From IMG/VR virus record IMGVR_UViG_3300044608_000291: a stretch of DNA of 64,000 nt. One strand, given 5' to 3'. Made by a program: the position numbers and the translations under genes. Positions 1-8,940 of the stretch are shown here, one piece after another. Positions within the stretch are counted from its first letter, which is position 1. Each line of letters opens with the position of its first letter. Under the pieces are notes generated by a model. That model worked only from the letters and a program-made list of their open reading frames with translations. It had not been told where the DNA came from and did not search any database. The stretch is from an uncultured virus (IMG/VR IMGVR_UViG_3300044608_000291) (lineage: Duplodnaviria; Heunggongvirae; Uroviricota; Caudoviricetes).

Positions 1-126
1 GAATCTCTTCTTCCTCGACCGGAATCTCTTCTTCCTCGACCGGAATCTCTTCTTCCTCGACCGGAATCTCTTCTTCCTCGACCGGAATCTCTTCTTCCTC
101 GACCGGAATCTCTTCTTCCTCGACCG
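1..126. repeat. 21-bp perfect tandem repeat x6 (encodes PVEEEEI on the minus strand)
   Basis: Unit gaatctcttcttcctcgaccg repeated six times from base 1. Confidence 0.97.
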
Positions 127-3100
127 GGGGAGGTGGGGGCGGAGGCGGTGGTGGTGCAATCAGATCCGACAATGCAACATCAAGCTCATCACTTGATAGC
201 CCGCCCGGAACAGTAGAAGTAAGGTCATCGAGAACTTCCGACAGATCACCAACATCTACGTCGAAATCAGAGAGACCCGCCAGCAAAGTACCGGATGAGG
301 GGGCGTTACTAACCGCAGTCGATACGTCGGGCGCAACCTGTGAAATATCTAGCGGCTGATCTTCAACGATAGGTAAGTCAGGTTCGGGTGGGGGCGGCTG
401 CTGCGACGTGTCTGTTGGCTTGAAAATGCTTTCAGTCACATCTGCAAGAAGATCAGGTTGCCCCTCAGGTGGAGGCGGTGGCTGCTGCGACGTGTCTTCA
501 GGTTTAAAGACGCTCTCAGTCACATCCGCAAGAAGATCAGGTTCATCCTCAGGCGGGGGAGGCGGCTGCGTTGTGTCTGTCGGCTTGAAGACGCTCTCAG
601 TCACATCCGCAAGAAGATCAGGTTCATCCTCAGGCGGGGGAGGCGGCTGTGCTGTGTCTTCAGGTTTAAAGACACCCTCGGTCACGTCTGCAAGGGGCGG
701 CTTCTTTTGTGTCGCGTCATAGAAGATCTCGCCAACCCGATCCAATACGTCTGCTTCGCTACCCACACCAGAGTATCGAGCGATGTCTTCGGGAGTCAAC
801 GTGTACCCATATTCCGCTGCTTTAGCGCGGAGTTCATCCGCGTCAACCATAAGTGGGTCAACAAATCTCTCGATACGCCCCGCTAAGCCAGCTTCATCCG
901 CACGGCCGACGAACTCCGCGAGTTCTTGGTTAGATGGTTCATAACCAAGTTCAGAAAAAATAGCTCGTGCTTCGTCAATTGATACGGAAGAGTCATCAAA
1001 GTATCTGGACGCTTGCGAAGTCAGATCTGATTCTTTACCCTGACCAACAAACCGAGCAATATCTTCTGGGGTAATCGTGTAGTTTTCTTTACCCGCAAGT
1101 TCTTGAAGCTCAGTCAAATCAAGCGTGTTTGCGTCAACATAACTCTTCAGTTGGTTGAGGCGGATATCTTCCCCGCCACTGCCAACAAACTGCGCGATTT
1201 CTTCGGGAGTCGGGGTATAGCCAGCAGCTTTAAAAGCTTGCTCGGCTTCATCGGCGTTTGTGTATAGCGGGTCATACTGCGCACCGATATTAGAAAATAT
1301 TGCGTCTTCACGCGGTGCCGAGTTTGAAACTCTAGTAAAGCTGTAGCCAGTATTGGGGTCTGTAGTAGTTGTCCGCTGGATATAATCAGAACGAACGAAC
1401 GGCGTGACCATTTCATCGGTGATCGCAGAAGCGGGGACACCTTGTGCGATAAGCTGTTCGCGGACTTCTTCCGGTGTAACAATTACTTTATCAACATAAT
1501 CCCGCGCAGCTTGTAGTTTAGTAGCCTCGTCGCCTACACCCGTAAATTTAGCGGTCTCACCGCTTAAAATTTGGTCAACAGGAACACCCGCCTTTATTAA
1601 TTCGTCGTATGCTTCTGAGCTTGACACTGCATTGCGGTCAAACTCTTGCTGAAGTTGCGCCCCCACAGTTCCTTCAAGATTAACTCCGGGCTGACTGATT
1701 GGCTGAAAACTAGCCGCAACTGCCGCAGCCGTTGCTGCGTCATATCCCTGATCTAGCGCCCACTGCTTGACTTCATCGCTGTCAATTCTAGTAGAGTCAA
1801 TATAACCAAATACGCCCTGAGGCTTGGTTGGGTCTTGGGCATTACCTAACGCGTAATAATCCGCGCCGCGATTAAGAAGGTTATAAGTCCCGTATGGATT
1901 CTTAGCCGCTGTTGTAAGCTGGCTGATAGTAGGCGGGGTAAAGTTCTTCTGAATAGCCGCCACTTCATCATCGGTCGGCTCGTAGCCGTATGACTTAAAC
2001 GCATCCCGAATCTCATCCGCCGTAACAGTTTGCGCGTCAAGAACGGCGGGCAAATAATTATTTTCTACGTAGCCAAGAGTTTTATCAGGCGTTGTAGTCT
2101 CAAGCGCGGACTTTAAATTTGTCGCATCAGTATCGGTAAGCGTATAACCGTAGTTCGCGGCCTCTGCTTTAACCTCGGGGATCGATAAAGCCCGTCGATC
2201 GAATTCAGCCTTGTACTGCGGTAGATACGTAGCCTCGTCCTGCTTCCCAACAAACCCCATCGACTGAAGTTGGCTATCCGTGGGATACCAGCCTTCAGCG
2301 TTTGCAGCAGCACGCGCTTCGGTAAGATCAATATAGCGCGGATCCGTGTAGTCGATCATCCTTTGTAAAAGGCCCGACTCTGGAGACATCCCCATAAAAT
2401 TACGGATTTCTTGATCAGAGAGCACATAGCCAGTTCTAGCTCTGACAGAGTCAGCAGCCGCTTTCGCCTCACTGTAATCAACAGCCTCGGCGTCGGGCAA
2501 TTTTGTAAGCCAGTCAGCATATTGCGAGGAAAGATTCTGCGCTTCTTCACGCGTCATCTCTGGGTCATTATAGTCCCAGCGCAATTCGTTTAATTCGGCA
2601 TCGGTTATACCTTTTGCGGCGAACATGCCCTGCACGCCTTTCAAGGTTTCAGCCTCGTTACGTCGTCCGGTATAAGCCGCGATATCTTCGGGGGTTAATG
2701 TGTAACCTTCTTGTTTTGCGAGCGCTTGCAGTTCATCAAGATCGACGATGTTCGGGTCGGAGAATTTAGCATTAGCCCGTTCAAATACCGTATCCTGATC
2801 ATCAACTTTACCGCTAAAAGCGCTGTAGTCAGCCGAAGTTAGTGTATAGCCTTCTTGTTTTGCGAGAGCTTGCAGTTCAGTACGCGTGATATATCGGTCA
2901 TCAAAATAGTCTTGCGCAAGATCAAGCGTGTCAACCTCATCTTGCTGCCCAGTAAACCGAGCGATATCTGCGTCAGTTAGCGTATAGCCTTCAGCTTTAG
3001 CCCGCGCTTCAAGTTCAGCACGGTCAACGGTCTGACGGTCAAAATCAGCACTAGCCTGTCCAAGTACCGCAGACTCGCCCCCACGCCCGACATAATTTTC

Positions 3101-6100
3101 GATATCCTCATCGGATAACGTATAGCCATATTTCTTAGCTTCTGCGCGTAGCTCAGCTTCATCAATGTAATTTTGATCGACATAGCTTTCGAGGCGACTG
3201 CGGATAGTAGCTTCGTCTCCACTGCCTAGTTGTTGGATCTCGGTATCAGATAATTCAAATCCTTCAGGCACGAGCGTAGCTGCATAGCTCCGCACCTCGT
3301 CAGGCGTCATTACAGCGTCATCGACAAGTGCCTCGACCTGTGACTCATCGAGGGTAGCGAATTTTGCTGCATCCTCGTCAGTTAAGGTATAGCCTTGATT
3401 TTCAGCGATGGCCTGTATTTCTTCTTGCGACGCGGTTGATTTATCAAATTCTTGTTGAATATCCTGAATATTGTCATCAGACTGTAAGTATTTATTCAGA
3501 TTTTCTTCAGAAAGTTTAACGCCTTCTTCAACAGCGATCGCTTGCAAATCCACTAATCTTTTCGCGGCTGCTTCCGCTTCGTCTGATAACACTGGAATAT
3601 CTAGCCCAGATTCCGCCGCTTCTGTATATTTATCGACAGTCTGTTTAACCGCAGCAGTACGATCCCCCGCGCCTGATGCAAACCAAGCTTCCTCTTCAGC
3701 TTGTTCCTCTGATAACCCCGCATCTAAAAGAAGTTGTTTAGCTTCATCCTCGGTCGTGTATTTATCGTCAGCGTAACTTTGAACCTGTGCTAACAAGTCG
3801 GTTTCAGACCCAGCTTTGCCTGCAAATTGCTTAAACTCTTCATCAGTTAACGTATAACCTTCAGCCGCTGCGGCATTTTTAGCCTCAGCGAGTGTTAAAC
3901 CAAGAGCATCTAAATCTGGTGTGATCCCACGTTCAAGTTCATATGCATAACCGACGCCCGCTCGATCGGCTATTTCTTGAGCTTGTTCACGAGTAAGTGT
4001 CGCGCCTTCCTTGGCCGCGATAGCTAGGACTTCATCAGCGTCGAGGGTGTATTTGTTAACAGTTTCTTGGATGTTGCCTTCACCCGCACCTTGAGCGTAA
4101 TAAGCCTGCGACTTAGCGAATTCTGGATCAAATCCAGCATCAATAAGAGCCTGTTCGGCTTCGGCTCGTGTCGTATATTTATTGTCCGCGTAGCCTTGAA
4201 CTTGGGCTAACAAGTCAGCTTCAGACCCAGCTTTGCCAGCAAACTGTTTAAATTCCTCATCAGTTAACGTATAGCCTTCAGCCGCTGCGGCGTTCTTAGC
4301 TTCAGCAAGTGTTAAACCAAGAGTATCTAAATCTGGTGTGATCCCACGTTCGAGTTCGTAGGCATAACCAACGCCCGCTTTATCAGCTATTTCTTGAGCT
4401 TGTTCGCGGGTAAGTGTCGCGCCTTCCTTGGCTGCGATAGCTAGAACTTCATCAGCATCGAGAGTGTACTGATTAATAGTTTGTTGGACCCGACCTTCCC
4501 CCGCGCCTTGGGCGAAAAGAGCTTGTTGTTTAGCAAACTCGGGGTCAAACCCGGCGTTAAGAAGGGCTTGTTCAGCTTCAGCTCGTGTAGTGTAAAGAGG
4601 ATCTGCATAGTCTTGGACTTGTTTTAACAGATCGGCTTCAGACCCAGCTTTGCCAGCAAATTGCTGAAATTCTTTATCAGTTAACGTATAGCCTTCAGCC
4701 GCTGCGGCATTCTTAGCCTCAGCAAGTGTTAAACCAAGAGCGTCGAGATTAGGGGTAATTTTGCCCTCAAGATCATACGCAGAACCAACCCCCGCGCGGT
4801 TCGCGATTTCTTGAGCCTGCTCACGAGTAAGTGTCGCACCTTCCTTAGCCGCGATAGCTAGAACTTCATCAGCGTCAAGGGTGTATTTGTTAACAGTTTC
4901 TTGGACTTTGCCTTCACCCGCGCCTTGAGCAAAAAAAGCTTGCGACTTAGCGAATTCTGGATCAAACCCAGCGTCAATAAGAGCCTGTTCGGCCTCGGCT
5001 CGTGTCGTATATTTATTGTCAGCGTAGCCTTGCACTTGGGCTAATAAGTCGGTTTCAGACCCAGCTTTGCCAGCAAATTGTTTATTAAATTCATCCTCAG
5101 TTAACCGATATCCTTCAGCGGCTGCGGCGTTATAAGCTTCGTTATAGGTTACCCCCCGTGCATCTAAGACAGGAGTAACTTTTTTCTCTAAATTATATTC
5201 GGACGATGAAGACCCCGCTGATTTAGCGATTTCTTGAGCTTCTTCGCGTGTAAGTGTCAAACCTTCTCGTTTGGCGATGGCCAAAACTTCGTCAGCATCT
5301 AAAGTTAAATTATCAACAGCCTCTGCCAACTTACTGTCGTCTTGACCAGAAGCCCGCCAAGCTTGATCTTTAGCTAACGTGGGGTCAACTCCAGCCTCAA
5401 TTAAGGCTTGCTCAGCTTCAGACTTAGAAAAATAGCGCGGGTCAAGAATCCCACGAACTTTAGACGCGAGTTCTTCTTCCGTCCCACCTGTTTTAAGGAG
5501 CGCATCCCGTTCCGCATATGTTAGTCTAATACCTTCTTCCGCTTCAATCTGACTTAATTCGGAAGACGTTAAAACTTTTTTATCAAGCTGTTCTGTTAGA
5601 TCAGCGGCAACATCCGCCTTATCCGGATTATCAAACTCACGGTACAACTTGATATCTTCGGGCTTTAACGTATAACCTTCTTTTGCCGCGATTTCCTTGA
5701 GCTGATTATATTTCGCTAAATCTTCAGCATTAGTTGGTATATCAAGATCTTTGCCTGTCTCTAAAAAATGCGCATACGGATTAAATGATTTATCCCATGA
5801 CGATACCCCCATCGCTGCTTTATATGAGGCTTCGTCGAAATCAGGTACTTCTTTACGAACATTAATTTCTTGAACTAGCCCATTAATACTCGTCGGGTCG
5901 TTAGCGACGTTTTTAGCGGGATCAATAGCCGGTAGATACTCAGCTAAAAGACTATCCGGGATATCGACCCCTTTTGCTTCTTTATAGAGATCTTTAATCT
6001 CCGCGACCGCATTAAATGCCGCACTTACTTTAGCGGCGTTAGCAAGTTCTTGGACTTGAAACTCGGATATAGCGGTAGTTAATTCTTTTTGTAGTCCGCC

Positions 6101-7099
6101 AAGAGACTCCGTTAGGTCATCGTAGTCATCTTTGTAGTCTGCGATTTTAGCTTCAAGTGCCGGTCTTGTTGTAGTCTTATATTCTTCTACGTCTGCTTGT
6201 AACTCATTGGCGCGCACTCTAAGACGTGCAGCATAACGCCCATCATAATCATAAGGGGCTTCATTCGCGTTGTAGTAGTCGATACTTCTCTGTAAATAAG
6301 CAGCTTCTCTTTGGAGAGACTCCCTAATTTTTGTATCTTGAGCAACGACTGAATTCTGCTTATAGATATTTTCGCGGATATCCGATTCGACATCATTAAA
6401 CCGTGTAACAACGTCACTTACACCAGCAGAAGCGTCTTTCAATACCGAATTAAAAGTCCCGCCAAGATACCGCCCAACTGTGTCAATCGCAGAAGATGTC
6501 AAAGACCCAAGAAATGCTTTTTCTGTGGAGCCGCCAAGAAGCTCTGAAGCGATTGCAGCAGATGCAGCGCGGGTGAATGTGTTCGTCGCAAACGAACTAT
6601 CAATCCCAAGCCCTTTCAGGGTCTCGTTAAGTGTAGAGCCGACTCCCGCTGTGACCCCGGCAGTAAGCCCACCTTTTAGTAATGCCTGTATCGGGTCTTT
6701 ACCCGCTGCTAAAGCTTGGAAACCAGATACGAACGCCCCAGAAGCCATCGCGCCAGCCATATTGCCAGCAACATCGCTCATGGCTTTTGCAGTAGCGCCA
6801 CTGACATCGTTTCCGATGGCTTGGAAAAATACATCCGAGGAGATTGACTGCGACACCTCGGCCGCAATAGCGCCCCCCGCATAGGATGTCACGCCGCCGA
6901 TCACCGCCGACTTCAGGATATTACTAACACTGCCCCCCTGAATAGCGGTCAACCCACCAGACAGCGCCGCCGTACCAATCGCCGTGGCGGCGACCGTACC
7001 AATCGAACTCACGCCAATAGCTGCCGCAAGACTTGTACCAATCGCCGCTGTAAAGCCAGAGGCACCAGCATAAGCGAGGATCAGCGGAGCGGCGGGCAT
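1..7099 (-). CDS. Giant repeat-rich putative virion/ejection protein (>2366 aa, 3' end outside window)
   Basis: ATG at 7099 overlaps the TAA of the upstream gene (TAATG). Manual translation (MPAAPLILAYAGASGFTAAIGTSLAAAIG...) reads open to base 2 and is in frame with the PVEEEEI repeat. It is missing from the ORF track, consistent with no stop in the window. Gly/Ala-rich hydrophobic N-terminus, acidic helical repeats, Pro/Glu-rich end. Confidence 0.85.
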   Translation of the reverse strand, partial: MPAAPLILAYAGASGFTAAIGTSLAAAIGVSSIGTVAATAIGTAALSGGLTAIQGGSVSNILKSAVIGGVTSYAGGAIAAEVSQSISSDVFFQAIGNDVSGATAKAMSDVAGNMAGAMASGAFVSGFQALAAGKDPIQALLKGGLTAGVTAGVGSTLNETLKGLGIDSSFATNTFTRAASAAIASELLGGSTEKAFLGSLTSSAIDTVGRYLGGTFNSVLKDASAGVSDVVTRFNDVESDIRENIYKQNSVVAQDTKIRESLQREAAYLQRSIDYYNANEAPYDYDGRYAARLRVRANELQADVEEYKTTTRPALEAKIADYKDDYDDLTESLGGLQKELTTAISEFQVQELANAAKVSAAFNAVAEIKDLYKEAKGVDIPDSLLAEYLPAIDPAKNVANDPTSINGLVQEINVRKEVPDFDEASYKAAMGVSSWDKSFNPYAHFLETGKDLDIPTNAEDLAKYNQLKEIAAKEGYTLKPEDIKLYREFDNPDKADVAADLTEQLDKKVLTSSELSQIEAEEGIRLTYAERDALLKTGGTEEELASKVRGILDPRYFSKSEAEQALIEAGVDPTLAKDQAWRASGQDDSKLAEAVDNLTLDADEVLAIAKREGLTLTREEAQEIAKSAGSSSSEYNLEKKVTPVLDARGVTYNEAYNAAAAEGYRLTEDEFNKQFAGKAGSETDLLAQVQGYADNKYTTRAEAEQALIDAGFDPEFAKSQAFFAQGAGEGKVQETVNKYTLDADEVLAIAAKEGATLTREQAQEIANRAGVGSAYDLEGKITPNLDALGLTLAEAKNAAAAEGYTLTDKEFQQFAGKAGSEADLLKQVQDYADPLYTTRAEAEQALLNAGFDPEFAKQQALFAQGAGEGRVQQTINQYTLDADEVLAIAAKEGATLTREQAQEIADKAGVGYAYELERGITPDLDTLGLTLAEAKNAAAAEGYTLTDEEFKQFAGKAGSEADLLAQVQGYADNKYTTRAEAEQALIDAGFDPEFAKSQAYYAQGAGEGNIQETVNKYTLDADEVLAIAAKEGATLTREQAQEIADRAGVGYAYELERGITPDLDALGLTLAEAKNAAAAEGYTLTDEEFKQFAGKAGSETDLLAQVQSYADDKYTTEDEAKQLLLDAGLSEEQAEEEAWFASGAGDRTAAVKQTVDKYTEAAESGLDIPVLSDEAEAAAKRLVDLQAIAVEEGVKLSEENLNKYLQSDDNIQDIQQEFDKSTASQEEIQAIAENQGYTLTDEDAAKFATLDESQVEALVDDAVMTPDEVRSYAATLVPEGFELSDTEIQQLGSGDEATIRSRLESYVDQNYIDEAELRAEAKKYGYTLSDEDIENYVGRGGESAVLGQASADFDRQTVDRAELEARAKAEGYTLTDADIARFTGQQDEVDTLDLAQDYFDDRYITRTELQALAKQEGYTLTSADYSAFSGKVDDQDTVFERANAKFSDPNIVDLDELQALAKQEGYTLTPEDIAAYTGRRNEAETLKGVQGMFAAKGITDAELNELRWDYNDPEMTREEAQNLSSQYADWLTKLPDAEAVDYSEAKAAADSVRARTGYVLSDQEIRNFMGMSPESGLLQRMIDYTDPRYIDLTEARAAANAEGWYPTDSQLQSMGFVGKQDEATYLPQYKAEFDRRALSIPEVKAEAANYGYTLTDTDATNLKSALETTTPDKTLGYVENNYLPAVLDAQTVTADEIRDAFKSYGYEPTDDEVAAIQKNFTPPTISQLTTAAKNPYGTYNLLNRGADYYALGNAQDPTKPQGVFGYIDSTRIDSDEVKQWALDQGYDAATAAAVAASFQPISQPGVNLEGTVGAQLQQEFDRNAVSSSEAYDELIKAGVPVDQILSGETAKFTGVGDEATKLQAARDYVDKVIVTPEEVREQLIAQGVPASAITDEMVTPFVRSDYIQRTTTTDPNTGYSFTRVSNSAPREDAIFSNIGAQYDPLYTNADEAEQAFKAAGYTPTPEEIAQFVGSGGEDIRLNQLKSYVDANTLDLTELQELAGKENYTITPEDIARFVGQGKESDLTSQASRYFDDSSVSIDEARAIFSELGYEPSNQELAEFVGRADEAGLAGRIERFVDPLMVDADELRAKAAEYGYTLTPEDIARYSGVGSEADVLDRVGEIFYDATQKKPPLADVTEGVFKPEDTAQPPPPPEDEPDLLADVTESVFKPTDTTQPPPPPEDEPDLLADVTESVFKPEDTSQQPPPPPEGQPDLLADVTESIFKPTDTSQQPPPPEPDLPIVEDQPLDISQVAPDVSTAVSNAPSSGTLLAGLSDFDVDVGDLSEVLDDLTSTVPGGLSSDELDVALSDLIAPPPPPPPPPPVEEEEIPVEEEEIPVEEEEIPVEEEEIPVEEEEIPVEEEEI
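390..700. repeat. 81-84 bp imperfect tandem repeat x4 (LLADVTESVFKPEDTxQPPPPPEDEPD)
   Basis: Anchor cagtcacatc recurs at 433, 517 and 598, with a variant at 679. Confidence 0.92.
3720..5440. repeat. 417-420 bp (139-140 aa) tandem repeat, about 4 copies, in the giant ORF
   Basis: Anchor cagttaac recurs at 3844, 4261, 4678 and 5098. Peptide: YTTRAEAEQALIDAGFDPEFAK...YTLDADEVLAIAAKEGATLTREQAQEIA...LTLAEAKNAAAAEGYTLTDEEFKQFAGKAGSE. Confidence 0.92.
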
Positions 7100-7515
7100 T
7101 AGAGTTTTACCAAGAAGACGTTTATGGGTTTGCCATTCGCTGTAGATTTATATTGTTCAACTTCTAAATCTACCATTTTCGCTAGTTTAAGAAACTTCTT
7201 GTCTTCTGCATAGGTGTAAGCAATTTTTACATCAATGCCTTTTAAGTATGCAGCAAGCATTTTGATGCTTTTCGCAAGCTCACGGGGGCTATTTGTATCC
7301 CCCATCGTATGAATCTCAACTACCCCCTTAGCACGCACCAAGACTAAGAAAACGTAGTCACCGAGATGGACTAACTTGGCGCTATCTTCTTGTATGGTCT
7401 GCACGAGTGCAGCCAGCATCTTCTGCGTCTCTTCTTCTGACCCCGTAACTTTACGAAAGTACGCGGTAATTATACGAATAATCTCTTCAGTCTCTTGGGG
7501 ATCGAGTCCGTCCAT
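7099..7515 (-). CDS. Hypothetical protein preceding the ejection-type gene
   Basis: 138-aa ORF translationally coupled to the giant ORF. Confidence 0.7.
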   Translation of the reverse strand: MDGLDPQETEEIIRIITAYFRKVTGSEEETQKMLAALVQTIQEDSAKLVHLGDYVFLVLVRAKGVVEIHTMGDTNSPRELAKSIKMLAAYLKGIDVKIAYTYAEDKKFLKLAKMVDLEVEQYKSTANGKPINVFLVKL

Positions 7516-7554
7516 CAGGATGTGCTCACAAAGATTATTGGGTCAGATCTCTGA

Positions 7555-8940
7555 TTACCGGCTGATCTCTTCCCAGTCCAAAGAACCGAGAACTTGATTG
7601 CCGTTGGACGCCCCCGTGCAGGCTAGCGTAATCTCATAAGCGGTTGCTGTGAAGGGGTCGCGCTCAAGCTGGGTGGTGAACAGTGCAGCCTTCAAAATGT
7701 CCACGCTAGTCGCCCCTTGGTTAGAGCCTTGAAAATAGCCAGTTGCCAAGATGCGGCCCCCGGTAGCAGAGAACGATGCGCCAGTAATATTGTACTCAAC
7801 AGAAGAGTTTGCACCTGCACTGACCCAAGTGCCGCCTGTTGTGGTGCCGTTTACCACCACTGACCATTGATAGTTGGCGTTGTTTGTGATGCCCAAAATT
7901 GATATTGCGGTCAGGATGGCGATTCCATCCAACCGCGTTGATTTGAGGCGGAATGAGACAACTGGGTAGAGCGTACCAGCAGTGGTCAGCGTTCTGGGGC
8001 TTGTGATGGGGTTCCCGGCAGACAACTGAGCACCACGCAACTCGTACCCGCCCTCAGAGATCACCGTCGAGCAGACTTGCTTGAGAGTGCTGGCCCCGGT
8101 CGTTGCGGCCACGTTGGTCATCTCATACCGCAGCGGCAAAGAAGCGGTGGTGATGTACGTGGTGGTAACCAAATTGGCGTGGTCAAAGTTGTGAGCAGGG
8201 ACGAAAGCCCCGTCGATGATGAACCCGGTGCGCACCGTACCAAGCCCCAGCCACTCAATGTCAAGGTAAAGAATCTGCGCCTTGGAAGAGTCCAGCGTCA
8301 GACCCGACGGGCCGGTACCGTCCAGCGGGTCTTGGTTCCAATTTGCTTGTGCAACACGGGTGTTGATTGGAGCGCCTGTCACGCTGCTGCGCTCGACCAT
8401 ATAGTTGATGGAGCCTTCGCGTTCGAAGTAGATCCCGTTGGCCGCACCGTAGTAGCCAGCACGTTGGCGAAGGTTGGCTTTAGCATCGCCAAAAACGAAC
8501 GTGTTCATCACCAGCAAACTTTTACCCGGCTGGTACGAAAAGACTTTGATGGTCTCGCGGATGATTTGATCGCCGCTGGCCGAGCCAACCGTCAAGTCAA
8601 CCAACCCTTCATTAGCGTTAAATGTCGCCGCAGCGGTCCCAGTGATACTGTTGGCCCACAGGTTGTTGTCCGCGTAACGGTGCGATGAGTCAAACAACGT
8701 CAGGGGGTTGCTGACCCGCAACCGCCCAAAAGCATCTACGTTAGTGCCACCGATTGAAACCGGGATCGACGTATCAATAGCCATTAGCTGCCCCAGAATA
8801 CTGTTCAGGCGGTTGAAGTACAGACGCAGTACGTTATTAAGCTGGTCTTGGTACGCCTGCGAGTATATCGGGGTAGCCTGTGGTAATGCAGGTGGCGCTA
8901 CTTTCTGAAGTTCGTAGTTTGAGGTGACAATAAGGGACAT
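7555..8940 (-). CDS. Putative virion structural/tail-associated protein
   Basis: 461 aa. Short helical N-domain (PPALPQATPIY...LRLYFNRL) followed by a beta-rich domain starting DAFGRLRVSNP, a type seen in phage virion proteins. Coupled to the upstream gene. Confidence 0.65.
   Translation of the reverse strand: MSLIVTSNYELQKVAPPALPQATPIYSQAYQDQLNNVLRLYFNRLNSILGQLMAIDTSIPVSIGGTNVDAFGRLRVSNPLTLFDSSHRYADNNLWANSITGTAAATFNANEGLVDLTVGSASGDQIIRETIKVFSYQPGKSLLVMNTFVFGDAKANLRQRAGYYGAANGIYFEREGSINYMVERSSVTGAPINTRVAQANWNQDPLDGTGPSGLTLDSSKAQILYLDIEWLGLGTVRTGFIIDGAFVPAHNFDHANLVTTTYITTASLPLRYEMTNVAATTGASTLKQVCSTVISEGGYELRGAQLSAGNPITSPRTLTTAGTLYPVVSFRLKSTRLDGIAILTAISILGITNNANYQWSVVVNGTTTGGTWVSAGANSSVEYNITGASFSATGGRILATGYFQGSNQGATSVDILKAALFTTQLERDPFTATAYEITLACTGASNGNQVLGSLDWEEISR

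Noticed and set aside
1..126. CRISPR-like short repeats
   Set aside because: Units are contiguous with no spacers and encode an in-frame peptide.
1..7000. Apparent ORF desert suggesting stop-codon recoding or pseudogenes
   Set aside because: One standard-code minus-strand frame is open throughout; the short track ORFs here are off-frame or antisense shadows.
7516..7554. Possible remnant of a displaced gene end (IIFVSTS-stop overlapping the next ATG)
   Set aside because: Too short to distinguish from chance without homolog alignments.
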